Part shown: positions 38,557 through 47,898 of the stretch, in pieces | How the letters are laid out: the number at the start of each line of letters is the position of its first letter | Numbering within the stretch: the first letter of the stretch is position 1 | Assembly: GCA_022508345.1 (NCBI GenBank) | Contig: JAFLVK010000004.1 | Location: 24,982 to 88,981 of the forward strand | Length of the DNA: 64,000 bases | Reading direction: 5' to 3' | Source: Clostridiales bacterium | Lineage (GTDB): Bacteria; Bacillota; Clostridia; Christensenellales; CAG-314 | Translations under genes and position numbers: made by a program | The notes under the pieces: generated by a model | Told to the model about the DNA's origin: nothing | Databases searched by the model: none | Seen by the model: only the letters and a program-made list of their open reading frames with translations

Positions 38557-40209
38557 CTACTTGGAGTTATATGACAAGTAACTCATACAGCGCGCCACCG
38601 TCAAAGATGTCTCCGCACAAAAAACAGTACTGGGACAACCGACCTTACATTTCTTGGCTACGTCGTCAATCTTCGCCATGTTCACAGATACGTCAAGAAT
38701 ACTGTTTTCAAACAGCTCAGAAAGTATTTCCGACTGAACCACCGTTTTGTTGGTAAATTTGTAGCCCAGCGGCGACGCGTAGTAGTTGAGAATTTCCAAG
38801 ATTTGCCCCAGATTGTTCCCCACCAGCTTACAGCCATAAGTAAACTTGTAGAAGTCGGAAATAACTTCCGTTAACGTAGGATAAAAGATAAGTTTATTTG
38901 GCGAAATCCCGCAGGCTTCCAGCATCTTCACGTCTAGCCCATCGTTTTTTTCGGGATTGACGTAGGTAAACAGTCGCTCCGTAACGTGTCCGCGGCTTAC
39001 CTTAACTGCGGAAATTGCATATAGCTTGTCCTCTATTACTTTGCTCAAACCTGTTGCATTGACGTGCAAAACAACAATGTCCTGATTGGTAATTAAAGAT
39101 TTCTCTGTCGCATCGTCAACAAAATTGATTTGTCTGTACTCAGTGAAATCCTCAGGCTTGACAAGTAGATATCGATCGGCCGGATTTGTAACGTATTCAT
39201 GTTTGGACGAAATAGACTCTATCTTGCACTTACACAGGTCGTACACACACATCTCGAGGCTGCTACCGTCGCGATTGAACGCCACCTTGCCGCGCGCAAC
39301 AACCGAATCTCCGTTAGACAGGAATGTCGCCACCTGCTTGAGCTTCTTGTCGTTTGACAGTATGCGTTTTTCGGAGAGTGTCCTTGCTTCCGCCTCCCCT
39401 CTACCTGTTTCATTCATTATTGTTTGAACATCCGTTATTTGCAAACGTAAAAACAGTATACATGGAATGGAAGTTCCCGTACCGTCCGTCAGCGTAAATG
39501 AACAAACATTGAGCATAGGATTGCTTTTTGCAGCGCGAGTAGTTTTGTTGGATATTGTCCCGCACACCACGCAAGTGTCCATGGGTCTACGAACATCTGC
39601 TATGTACATGGGCGAAGAGATTATCTGTTTGCCGAACACAGCTTCCACATTGCTCACGTCAAAGTAACGCGACGGCTTCAACAGCTCCCTGTTGATTGCA
39701 AATTGAACAAGCTTTTCCTGCTCTTCCACATTTGTAGTCGACGTTGCCAGTGGGTCGGTTCGCGCCATAAATACAATTTCGTAGCAGCTATATTCTTTGA
39801 AGTAATCAGTCAGTTTCTCACAAAATTCCGACAGCTCGATGTTCTTTTTAACAACTTCGCTTACGTTGAATACTACCGTTATATTTTTACCGACAACACC
39901 TACATCTATTTTTGTTTTAGGAATATTGGCGTAAATAGGATAACGATTTTTTATCAAATCGGTCAAAACGCGCTTGAAGCTTACGTCGGTAAATTCGTCG
40001 CTCACAAACTTAACAGAACAGGTGTATCCTTTCGGAAGTTCACTCTTTACAGTATCGATAAGTTTATTTCGCAAATTAACGTCAAAATCAAGCGCCTGCG
40101 GATGAGAAAGCGTGCAAAAAACCTTTCGCTGTTGTCTGTCAACGCGAATTTCCCTCATGCGTAAGTCACCAAGCTCTTGAAAATTGTGATGTAATCTATC
40201 TATTATCAT
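38557..40209 (-). CDS. PolC N-terminal-region homolog (N-domains + OB fold + degenerate DnaQ-like exonuclease fold) lacking PHP/polymerase modules
   Basis: 550-aa intact ORF in the polC slot (rseP-ispG-X-rimP). By-eye alignment to PolC gives an OB segment (DTCVVCGTISNKTT...SFTLTDGTGTSIPCILF...GDSVVARGKVAFN) and an exonuclease fold (IVVLHVNATGLS...YAISAVKVSRG...FTYVNPE...KLVGNNLGQILEIL...TVFCAETSLT). The catalytic D/E/D/D positions read H/N/Q-I/C. No HxH PHP motif is present and no polymerase region follows. Confidence 0.6.
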   Translation of the reverse strand: MIIDRLHHNFQELGDLRMREIRVDRQQRKVFCTLSHPQALDFDVNLRNKLIDTVKSELPKGYTCSVKFVSDEFTDVSFKRVLTDLIKNRYPIYANIPKTKIDVGVVGKNITVVFNVSEVVKKNIELSEFCEKLTDYFKEYSCYEIVFMARTDPLATSTTNVEEQEKLVQFAINRELLKPSRYFDVSNVEAVFGKQIISSPMYIADVRRPMDTCVVCGTISNKTTRAAKSNPMLNVCSFTLTDGTGTSIPCILFLRLQITDVQTIMNETGRGEAEARTLSEKRILSNDKKLKQVATFLSNGDSVVARGKVAFNRDGSSLEMCVYDLCKCKIESISSKHEYVTNPADRYLLVKPEDFTEYRQINFVDDATEKSLITNQDIVVLHVNATGLSKVIEDKLYAISAVKVSRGHVTERLFTYVNPEKNDGLDVKMLEACGISPNKLIFYPTLTEVISDFYKFTYGCKLVGNNLGQILEILNYYASPLGYKFTNKTVVQSEILSELFENSILDVSVNMAKIDDVAKKCKVGCPSTVFCAETSLTVARCMSYLSYNSK

Positions 40210-41248
40210 TTGTCAGTAAATCAATTTCTTTTTTGAATTCAGAAATAGCGTCCGTTTGTGCAACCGTCTTGTACCGCTTACCGTGTTTAAAGAAAACAAA
40301 ACCTCCGTTTGCACCAGCCATACCAAGGTCGGCATCGCTGCACTCCCCCGGTCCGTTCACTTCACAGCCCATCACTGCAATTTTGACGTTAGTGCGCAAA
40401 TTTTTCACATAGTCGTAAATTTCGGCTGCAACCCTTTCCAAATCTATACTGCACCGTCCACACTTAGGACAGGACACAAATGTTACTCCAGGGCGAAGTC
40501 CAAGCGAAACCAATATATCTTTTGCCGCGTACACCTCGTCAATGGGATTGGAAGTCAGTGAAACCCTGACGGTATCGCCAATGCCTTCCAACAATAGAGA
40601 GCCGATACCTATGGAATTTTTCACCAGCCCCTGATTCAACAACCCGGCTTCCGTCACACCCAAGTGCACGGGATATCCAAGCTTGCTTACAATGCGGTTT
40701 GTTTGCACCGTTTCTCTCACGTCAGTGCTCTTTACTGACAGCACAAGATTGGTGAAATTGCGCCCCTCGAAATAGCGAACGTATTGTTCCAAACTTAGTG
40801 CCAAAGCCCTGCATTTATCGCCATTTGTTGATACCAACGCCTCTTTATTTACCGAGCCGCTGTTTACTCCTATTCTTATGGGAACAGAATGCGCCTTGGC
40901 GCAGTCTATTACGCTGTCCAACTGCTTCAACGACATATTGCCAGGGTTAACGCGTATTTTGTCCGCACCCGCTTCCATTGCCGCCAATGCCAACCGATAG
41001 TCAAAGTGAATATCCGCAACCAATGCCATATTTGTTAGCTTGCGAACCGCACCAAATGCCTCCGCCGAGCGCATATCCGGCACAGCAATACGCATTATGT
41101 CGCAACCGGCATTTTGGCACTCTTCCATTTGGCGCAAAGTACCGTCAACATCCGTAACGGGCAAATTAGTCATCGACTGTATGGCGATTGGATTGCTGCC
41201 ACCAATGGCAATATTACGTATTTTTACTTCTTTTATGTCAACTTTCAT
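40196..41248 (-). CDS. ispG: 4-hydroxy-3-methylbut-2-enyl diphosphate synthase
   Basis: 350 aa with ...IGGSNPIAIQSMTN... and a C-terminal 4Fe-4S Cys motif (SCPKCGRC...GCEVNGPGE). Confidence 0.95.
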   Translation of the reverse strand: MKVDIKEVKIRNIAIGGSNPIAIQSMTNLPVTDVDGTLRQMEECQNAGCDIMRIAVPDMRSAEAFGAVRKLTNMALVADIHFDYRLALAAMEAGADKIRVNPGNMSLKQLDSVIDCAKAHSVPIRIGVNSGSVNKEALVSTNGDKCRALALSLEQYVRYFEGRNFTNLVLSVKSTDVRETVQTNRIVSKLGYPVHLGVTEAGLLNQGLVKNSIGIGSLLLEGIGDTVRVSLTSNPIDEVYAAKDILVSLGLRPGVTFVSCPKCGRCSIDLERVAAEIYDYVKNLRTNVKIAVMGCEVNGPGECSDADLGMAGANGGFVFFKHGKRYKTVAQTDAISEFKKEIDLLTNDNR

Positions 41249-42549
41249 AGTTTCAAAATATCGATAAGTAGCATCAGTACAATCAAGACAACCAAGCCGA
41301 TACCGTTGATATACCCCTGCACCTTGCGATTGATTGGTTTACGAGCTATCCACTCTATCAATACGAAAATCATTTGACAGCCGTCAAGAGCAGGAACGGG
41401 CAACAAATTGAACACTGCAAGGTTGACGGAAATCAACACAATCAGCATAAGCACATTGCCGAAACCTGTTTGAATAACTTGACTTGTCATGCTTATTGTT
41501 GTGATAGGTCCACCTACGCTTTCGATACCTACCGCGCCTGTCAACAGTCCGCCAAGAGTCCTTAGCACAAGCATGCCAACTTCACAGCAGTACGGCACAA
41601 CTCTGACAAGCGTTTCGCCAAAGCCAAACTTGTACTTGTCGTAATGAATAGCCATACCTACGCCAGTATACGGTGTTTCGGCAACCACAAGCTGATTGTT
41701 CAACAGCACGGATGAATCGAGAATGTAGTCGTACGTCTTTTCCCCGTCTATGACCGTCAGTAAAACTTCTGTTCCGTCGGACTGTTGCCAAAATGCAATG
41801 AAATCTCCCGATTTGCTTATCAGATTGCCGTTCACCTTGTATACGACGTCATTTGCCTGTAATTTGCGTTCTTCGCCATCATTTGAGTAATGTCCGTCTT
41901 CAATCTTAGACAGGGTAACGCTTACAAACTCTTCTTGAGTAATATTGTGCAGTTCTGTTTTCTCGTAAACAGTTTTGCCGTCTACTTCTTTGGGACGAAG
42001 CACGGTAAAAGTCATTTCGCCGTCGCTAAAATAACGCCCGAGGGTATCCAGCATATACACACGCCTGCCGTTCACCTTGTAAATTATATCGCCGCTTTGT
42101 AGCTGTTGATTAGCTTGCGGAGCGTATTGATAAACATTGTTTACAACCACAACCGTTTCGCCATAGCATGCAAACACAATGATTGCAATTAAAATAGCCG
42201 ACACAAAGTTGAAAAAAGCACCGGAAAACAGCACGATAAGCCGCTTCCAAGGTTTTTGTCTGTGAAAAGCTTTCGGATTGTCCGTATCGTCGTTTTCACC
42301 CTCGAATGCGCAAAAACCTCCCAAAGGAAAAGCGCGCAATGAAAAAACTTCTCCGTTTTTCTTTTTGCGAGACAGAACCTTAGGTCCCATACCCACGGAA
42401 AACTCGTTAATTTTAAAGCCGAGAAGTTTCCCTGCGGTATAATGTCCTGTTTCGTGTATCAGTACCATTACCATCAGTACGACAAACGCAAGCAACACAT
42501 AACCAACCGTCTTTATTGTCGAAACAAAATCGCACAAAAGTGTTAACAT
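41245..42549 (-). CDS. rseP: RIP site-2 metalloprotease RseP/RasP
   Basis: 434 aa with HETGHY (HExxH), a central PDZ region and NLLPVPALDG. Confidence 0.9.
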   Translation of the reverse strand: MLTLLCDFVSTIKTVGYVLLAFVVLMVMVLIHETGHYTAGKLLGFKINEFSVGMGPKVLSRKKKNGEVFSLRAFPLGGFCAFEGENDDTDNPKAFHRQKPWKRLIVLFSGAFFNFVSAILIAIIVFACYGETVVVVNNVYQYAPQANQQLQSGDIIYKVNGRRVYMLDTLGRYFSDGEMTFTVLRPKEVDGKTVYEKTELHNITQEEFVSVTLSKIEDGHYSNDGEERKLQANDVVYKVNGNLISKSGDFIAFWQQSDGTEVLLTVIDGEKTYDYILDSSVLLNNQLVVAETPYTGVGMAIHYDKYKFGFGETLVRVVPYCCEVGMLVLRTLGGLLTGAVGIESVGGPITTISMTSQVIQTGFGNVLMLIVLISVNLAVFNLLPVPALDGCQMIFVLIEWIARKPINRKVQGYINGIGLVVLIVLMLLIDILKL

Positions 42550-43640
42550 ATAACTCCGTTTATCAGCTCAGCTGCATACGCCTTTGCAGCCTTGTCAAAA
42601 TACTTTATCGTTTCAACAGACAGTTCACTTTCGGATGCATCACCCGCAAAGCGCTCCACTGTTTTTATTATTATATTGTAAATACCACTGAAAGACAACT
42701 TACCGTGCAAAAAACTTTCCACTGCAATGTCGTTGGCAGCATTCATAACTGTTCTCGACAGTGGCGAATACTTGAATATTTCATATCCAAGTTGCGCGCA
42801 AGGAAATTTGTTAAAGTTGCACTGCTCAAATGTTAACGTCAGCAGCTTCGTGAAATCTACCGATTGACACTTATAATTGCCGTGCCCAAGCAAAGCAATT
42901 TGAATGGGCAAACGCATATCGGGATTTGCCAACTGCGCAATTACGCTACCGTCATCAAATTCCACCATGGAATGCACAATGCTCTGTCTATGTACAACTA
43001 CTTGAATTTTGTTAACAGGCACGCTGAACAAAAAGCTTGCTTCGATAACCTCCAGCGCTTTGTTCATCATTGTGGCACTGTCTACGGTTATCTTTGCGCC
43101 CATATTCCAATTGGGATGAGCAAGCGCTTGCTTTGCCGTAACCGTACCCAGCGTTTTCTCGTCATTGTTCCAAAACGGACCGCCACTTGCCGTCAGCAAA
43201 ATTTTATTGACGCTGGAGTCGCCCCTGCCAAGCAAACACTGACTGATTGCACAGTGTTCGCTATCCACAGGCAGCAGCCTTGCCTTGCCTACCCTTGGCA
43301 TGATTAGTTCGCCTGCACAAACCAAAGTTTCCTTGTTGGCTAAAGCCACATCGATGCCGTGTTCCAAACAATAAAGCACGCTCTGTAGCGCAACAATGCC
43401 GCGCGTTGCAACAACGGCAATGTCGGCACCCTTAACAGCTTCAACAAGGCACTCTTCGCCGTCACGCTCTATTACGCCACAAAATCGTGGCAAAAATTCT
43501 TGCGCCTGATGCGTCAACTTCTCAACATTGGAATATGCGACAAGCGAATGAACCTTCAACTTGTCGCTATTTGCACGTATTATATCCAGTGTTTGAGTGC
43601 CGATGGAACCGGTACTTCCCAGTATTGCAACTTTTTTCAT
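42543..43640 (-). CDS. dxr: 1-deoxy-D-xylulose-5-phosphate reductoisomerase
   Basis: 365 aa with MKKVAILGSTGSIGTQTLD (NADPH site) and ...LLPVDSEHCAISQCL..., typical of Dxr. Confidence 0.95.
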   Translation of the reverse strand: MKKVAILGSTGSIGTQTLDIIRANSDKLKVHSLVAYSNVEKLTHQAQEFLPRFCGVIERDGEECLVEAVKGADIAVVATRGIVALQSVLYCLEHGIDVALANKETLVCAGELIMPRVGKARLLPVDSEHCAISQCLLGRGDSSVNKILLTASGGPFWNNDEKTLGTVTAKQALAHPNWNMGAKITVDSATMMNKALEVIEASFLFSVPVNKIQVVVHRQSIVHSMVEFDDGSVIAQLANPDMRLPIQIALLGHGNYKCQSVDFTKLLTLTFEQCNFNKFPCAQLGYEIFKYSPLSRTVMNAANDIAVESFLHGKLSFSGIYNIIIKTVERFAGDASESELSVETIKYFDKAAKAYAAELINGVIC

Positions 43641-44665
43641 TACAAAATAAACATAAACATAAAGGAAACAAACACAGAGTTGAACATAATTCCGTCAAAC
43701 CTGTCGATTATTCCACCATGTTCGCCGAGTAAACGGCTGTAATCTTTGATACCGCAATAGCGCTTAATCAAGCTTGCCAGCAAATCGCCAATCTGTGTAG
43801 CAACTGAGCCCAACAGACCGATTAGTGTGTAGGTAAGCACCGTATTTAGCGTTGACAGTCCCAGCCCATCAAAGGTAAGCCCAAACTGCGCGCCGTAACC
43901 AAAGAAATGCCAAAAGTCGAAAACGAAAAACACTAACGCAGAACCGAGCACTCCGCCGAAAACTCCGCCGATGGCACCCTCAACAGTCTTCTTGGGGCTA
44001 ATTTCAGGGCACAGCTTGTGTTTACCGAAAAGGCTTCCGACAAAGTAAGCAAACACATCTGTAAATGTTGATACAGCAAAAACCAGTGCCAAGCCTATTG
44101 CATTAAGTGGCAGCAAGCTACTGCTTTCACGTCCCGTATGGAACAATGCATTCAAGTACGTCCAAATATCGTTCTCCAAATACTGATACATTGATGTATC
44201 TACAAAGGAGCGCGTTGCCGCACTACGGTTAATGTACAAAAGCGTTGCCATAAACAGCCCTGGATACACAAGCATGAACGCTATGTAAATAAGGCTATCT
44301 GCGCGGTTGCGGAACATTGCAGTTACTACAGCTACAATAAATACGATAAGCGAGAAAAACATTATTCCCATAAAGCCGAACAGGCTGTAAACAGGCATGA
44401 TACCTATACCGTACAGCCAAAGCAGCCAACTGAAACAGTCGGGAATACGTTCCTTACCGAGAGCTCGGCGCATTTCCACCACCGACAGCAAAATCAGTGC
44501 GGAAATTATAACTGAATTGATTGCTCTTCCGCTGACAAATATGTCCGTTTCACTATTTGTGTAATTGGGCAAAAATACATTTAACAGTATCATGCCCAGC
44601 ATTACAATAAAAATAGCTATACCAACCAGAACTCGGTTGAGCAAAGATTTTTTACTTAGAGCCAT
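43640..44665 (-). CDS. cdsA: Phosphatidate cytidylyltransferase
   Basis: 341-aa polytopic protein with the CdsA signature region ...GKHKLCPEISPKKTVEGAIGG... and ...GDLLASLIKRYCGIKDYS...GHGGIIDRFD. It is longer than typical CdsA proteins. Confidence 0.85.
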   Translation of the reverse strand: MALSKKSLLNRVLVGIAIFIVMLGMILLNVFLPNYTNSETDIFVSGRAINSVIISALILLSVVEMRRALGKERIPDCFSWLLWLYGIGIMPVYSLFGFMGIMFFSLIVFIVAVVTAMFRNRADSLIYIAFMLVYPGLFMATLLYINRSAATRSFVDTSMYQYLENDIWTYLNALFHTGRESSSLLPLNAIGLALVFAVSTFTDVFAYFVGSLFGKHKLCPEISPKKTVEGAIGGVFGGVLGSALVFFVFDFWHFFGYGAQFGLTFDGLGLSTLNTVLTYTLIGLLGSVATQIGDLLASLIKRYCGIKDYSRLLGEHGGIIDRFDGIMFNSVFVSFMFMFIL

Positions 44666-45338
44666 TTATTCCTCCAAAATTTCGTGAACGCGTACAGTAT
44701 TCGGCTATGATACTGTCGTACTCTTCCATAGTAAAATCGGGCCAAAGCGTATCAGTGAAAAACAGCTCCGAGTAGGCACTTTGGAACAACAGAAAATTGG
44801 ACAACCGCTTTTGTCCGCCCGTGCGCAAGATAATATCCGGCTCAGGCAGCTTGTGGTACATATTGTCCAATATGCTTTCCGCAGTAATTTCCTTGCCACT
44901 GCTGTACAGCTTTTTTACCGCTTCAACAACCTCTCTTTGACCACCGTAATTTATGCAAAGATTTACACAAATAGCATCAAAATCTTTTGTTTGCTGTTCG
45001 ATGCTGTCAATACGCGCAACCAGCTTATCAGGCAAACCTTCGCGTTCACCCGATACAACTACGCGCACTCTATCTTTGCAAAACTTTTCAAAACGGGCTA
45101 GATACCTATCTGCCAAGGCAAACAGGTTGTTAACCTCCGACTTCGGACGCTTCCAGTTCTCCGTAGAAAATACGTAAAGTGACAAATATTTAACTCCAAC
45201 AGACAGCGAATGGTCGATAATCTGCTCAGCTACTTCCAGGCCTTTTTTGTGTCCGTGAAGACGCGCCAACCCTTTGTTTTTCGCCCAGCGACCGTTGCCG
45301 TCCATTATTACTGCTATGTGCAAAGGAACATTTTTCAT
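44652..45338 (-). CDS. uppS: Undecaprenyl diphosphate synthase
   Basis: HIAVIMDGNGRWA and ...RTGGQKRLSNFLLFQSAYSELFF... motifs. The ATG at 45338 shares one nucleotide with the upstream ORF's TGA stop. Confidence 0.95.
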   Translation of the reverse strand: MKNVPLHIAVIMDGNGRWAKNKGLARLHGHKKGLEVAEQIIDHSLSVGVKYLSLYVFSTENWKRPKSEVNNLFALADRYLARFEKFCKDRVRVVVSGEREGLPDKLVARIDSIEQQTKDFDAICVNLCINYGGQREVVEAVKKLYSSGKEITAESILDNMYHKLPEPDIILRTGGQKRLSNFLLFQSAYSELFFTDTLWPDFTMEEYDSIIAEYCTRSRNFGGINGSK

Positions 45339-45535
45339 CAAACTTCAAATTTGTAGCGACACACAATCAATTCGACACAGCCGTCTTTCTCGCGCACTGC
45401 CGTCACAAGCTCCTTATCATGCTCTTTTTGTTTTCTATCTACATAATAAACAAACTTGAAGTTTGTTATACCTGATTTACGCAAAACGCTCTCGGCAACA
45501 CAAACTTCAAGCCCGATAAAGTCTTTGAAATTCAT
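45338..45535 (-). CDS. Small hypothetical protein (65 aa) inserted between frr and uppS
   Basis: ORF whose stop shares a base with the uppS ATG (TGATG), which suggests translational coupling. Its alternating alpha/beta-like pattern (FIGLEVCVAESVLRKSGITNFKFVYYV...VELIVCRYKF) is reminiscent of PASTA-type small domains. No obvious SD. Confidence 0.45.
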   Translation of the reverse strand: MNFKDFIGLEVCVAESVLRKSGITNFKFVYYVDRKQKEHDKELVTAVREKDGCVELIVCRYKFEV

Positions 45536-45542
45536 CTGAAAC

Positions 45543-46118
45543 TTACACAGACATTACGTCCGCTTCCTTGTCCTTAGCCAGCTTATCTACCGATTCGATT
45601 TGCTTTGAGAGGGCTTTGTCTATCTCAGCTTCGTAGTCGGCAATCAAGTCTTCCGAAACAGTCTTGGCGTTCTTTTCCTTTTTCAGTCCGTCCATAGCTT
45701 CTCTACGAGCGTTACGCAGAACAACCTTCGTGTCTTCAGCAAGCTTTTTCACCTGCTTTACAAGCTCCTTGCGGCGTTCTTCTGTTAGCACAGGGAATGT
45801 AAGGCGGATAACCGTACCGTCGTTTTGTGGAGTTACGCCAATGTTGGCAGCAAGGATTGCTTTTTCAACATCCTTCAATGCCGATTTATCCCAAAGCGTA
45901 ATAAGCAAACATCTAGGCTCGGGAATGGAAATATTACCCATTTGATTGATGGGCGTCATTGCGCCGTAGTAATCTACGCGGATACCTTCAACAAGCTTTG
46001 GATTGGCGCGACCTGCGCGCATAAGGTTGTATTCGCCTTTCATATAGTCGATTGCTTTTTCACAATTCAACTCGAAGTTCATAAATATCTCTTCAATTTG
46101 CGGTGTAGCGTAAGTCAT
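45543..46118 (-). CDS. frr: Ribosome recycling factor
   Basis: ...MRAGRANPKLVEGIRVDYYGAMTPINQ... is canonical RRF. I chose the start at ATG 46118 (GGAGGGTGGT upstream) rather than the ORF-track 46130. Confidence 0.95.
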   Translation of the reverse strand: MTYATPQIEEIFMNFELNCEKAIDYMKGEYNLMRAGRANPKLVEGIRVDYYGAMTPINQMGNISIPEPRCLLITLWDKSALKDVEKAILAANIGVTPQNDGTVIRLTFPVLTEERRKELVKQVKKLAEDTKVVLRNARREAMDGLKKEKNAKTVSEDLIADYEAEIDKALSKQIESVDKLAKDKEADVMSV

Positions 46119-46198
46119 ACCACCCTCCATATAATATTTAATATAGATATTATACTATATATTACATTAAAATTCAACAATTATTTACCATTATCGTT

Positions 46199-46897
46199 TT
46201 ACGATATAATTGTGCCTATCTTTTCGCCTTTAAGCGCGCGGACAATGCCGTCCTTTTCGTTTTTGCCAAGAGCAACAATTTTAACACCGAACTCTCTACA
46301 CATTGCAATTGCTGTCAGATCCAGCGCCTTGAGATTGTCGGCAATAACCTTGTCGTAACCTATCTGGTCGTATTTGACGGCATTTTTGTGTAGTGTCGGG
46401 TCACAGTTGTAAATTCCGTCCACTGCTTTTAAGCAAATAAGCGCGTCGGCATGTATTTCACAGGCGCGAAGAGACGCAGCCGTATCCGTTGAAAAATAAG
46501 GCGAACCTGTACCACCAACGAATATTACAACCTTACCCTCTTTTAGATAACGCTTCACATTTGGCAAAAAGTAGGTTTCTGTAACCTTATCAATAGCAAA
46601 GGAAGACACCACCTTGTTGTCCACGCCACAAGCTGAAAGCGCTTCGCCCAGCGCCAAGCCGTTCATGACCGTTGCCAGCATACCAATGTAATCGGCTGTT
46701 GCACGGTCCATGCTTTCAATCGTACGTCCGCGCCATATGTTTCCGCCGCCGACAACAACGCCCAGCTCAACACCCAAGCTAACTATCTGCTTGATTTGAG
46801 CAGCAACATTCGCTGTGCTTTCACCGTTGATATTCATATGCCCGTCGGACAGCGCTTCGCCGCTTATTTTGAGCAATATGCGTTTGTATTTAATCAT
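46199..46897 (-). CDS. pyrH: UMP kinase
   Basis: MIKYKRILLKISGEAL...VVGGGNIWRG..., typical of PyrH. I chose the start at ATG 46897 (GAGG upstream). The ORF-track start is a TTG at 46909. Confidence 0.95.
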   Translation of the reverse strand: MIKYKRILLKISGEALSDGHMNINGESTANVAAQIKQIVSLGVELGVVVGGGNIWRGRTIESMDRATADYIGMLATVMNGLALGEALSACGVDNKVVSSFAIDKVTETYFLPNVKRYLKEGKVVIFVGGTGSPYFSTDTAASLRACEIHADALICLKAVDGIYNCDPTLHKNAVKYDQIGYDKVIADNLKALDLTAIAMCREFGVKIVALGKNEKDGIVRALKGEKIGTIIS

Positions 46898-46918
46898 AAA
46901 TAACCTCAATTTGTTTGT

Positions 46919-46952
46919 GAGAAAAAGGGAACAGCAAATAAGCGTTCCCTTT
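46919..46952 (-). terminator. Rho-independent terminator after tsf
   Basis: Stem AAAGGGAAC / GTTCCCTTT (46924-46932 and 46944-46952), with the T-run continuing on the minus strand (TTTTTCTC). Confidence 0.7.
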
Positions 46953-46964
46953 AACTGAATTTAA

Positions 46965-47894
46965 TTACTTAATACTCTTGAGTTGTTCAGCAATTTCGTC
47001 AACAAAGTTATCAACGCGCTTTTCAATTCCCTCGCCCATTTCATAGCGAACAAATCTTGTAACGGTGATGTCTGCTCCAACTGCTTTAGCGGTGTCTGCA
47101 ATAACCTGTTTAACGGACAATGCGGAATCACGAACGTACTCTTGTTCAAGCAAGCATACTTCCTTGTAGTACTTGTGAATACGGCCTTCAACCATCTTGC
47201 CTATGATTGCTTCGGGCTTGCCCTCGTTTCTAGCCTGAACAGTCAAGATTTCCTTTTCTGCTTCAAGCTGGCTAGCGTCAACGTCTGCAATACCAACAAC
47301 TTGAGGCTTGCTTGCTGCAATCTGCATGCAAATGTTGAATGCAAGCTCCATCAAATCTTCTTGCTTTGCTTTGCTATTGATTTCTGCCAAAACGCCGATC
47401 TTTCCGCCCATGTGAATGTAGCTGGAAATAAGTCCTGCATCAGACAAAGCAAACTTTGTAAATCTACGAAGAGAAATTTTTTCGCCGATAGCTGCTGTAG
47501 CTTCTGCGATGAGCACGTTTACGGTCTTTCCACATTTAGGGCAGGAAACTTCCAGTACTTGCTCTACAGTGGTAGCATTTGTGCTAAGCAAGATTGCTGC
47601 GATATTGTCAACAAGTGCAACGAATTGCTCGCTGCGTGCTACGAAGTCTGTTTCGCAGTTAACTTCAACAGCAACAGCAGTTTTCTTGTCTGCAGATACA
47701 ACGCAATTTACAATACCTTCTGCTGCAACACGGCTAGCCTTTTTAGCAGCGGATGCCATTCCCTTTTCGCGAAGGTACTTGATAGCTTCTTCAAAATTAC
47801 CGTTTGTTTCAACAAGCGCCTTTTTGCAGTCCATCATGCCAACGCCTGTTTGTTCACGGAGTTTCATTACGTCTTGATTTGAGAAATTAGCCAT
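46965..47894 (-). CDS. tsf: Elongation factor Ts
   Basis: MANFSNQDVMKLREQTGVGMMDCKKALVETNGNFEEAIKYLREKG is the canonical EF-Ts N-terminus. The start is ATG 47894, with a GAGGAGGAG RBS inside the rpsB end. The ORF-track start at 47978 is over-extended. Confidence 0.95.
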   Translation of the reverse strand: MANFSNQDVMKLREQTGVGMMDCKKALVETNGNFEEAIKYLREKGMASAAKKASRVAAEGIVNCVVSADKKTAVAVEVNCETDFVARSEQFVALVDNIAAILLSTNATTVEQVLEVSCPKCGKTVNVLIAEATAAIGEKISLRRFTKFALSDAGLISSYIHMGGKIGVLAEINSKAKQEDLMELAFNICMQIAASKPQVVGIADVDASQLEAEKEILTVQARNEGKPEAIIGKMVEGRIHKYYKEVCLLEQEYVRDSALSVKQVIADTAKAVGADITVTRFVRYEMGEGIEKRVDNFVDEIAEQLKSIK

Positions 47895-47898
47895 TAGT

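Noticed and set aside
38557-40209. Treating the PolC-like ORF as a plain pseudogene fragment.
   Set aside because: I did not adopt this as the primary call. The 550-codon frame is uninterrupted, ends cleanly before the rimP promoter and is coupled to ispG. Pseudogene status cannot be excluded without comparative data.
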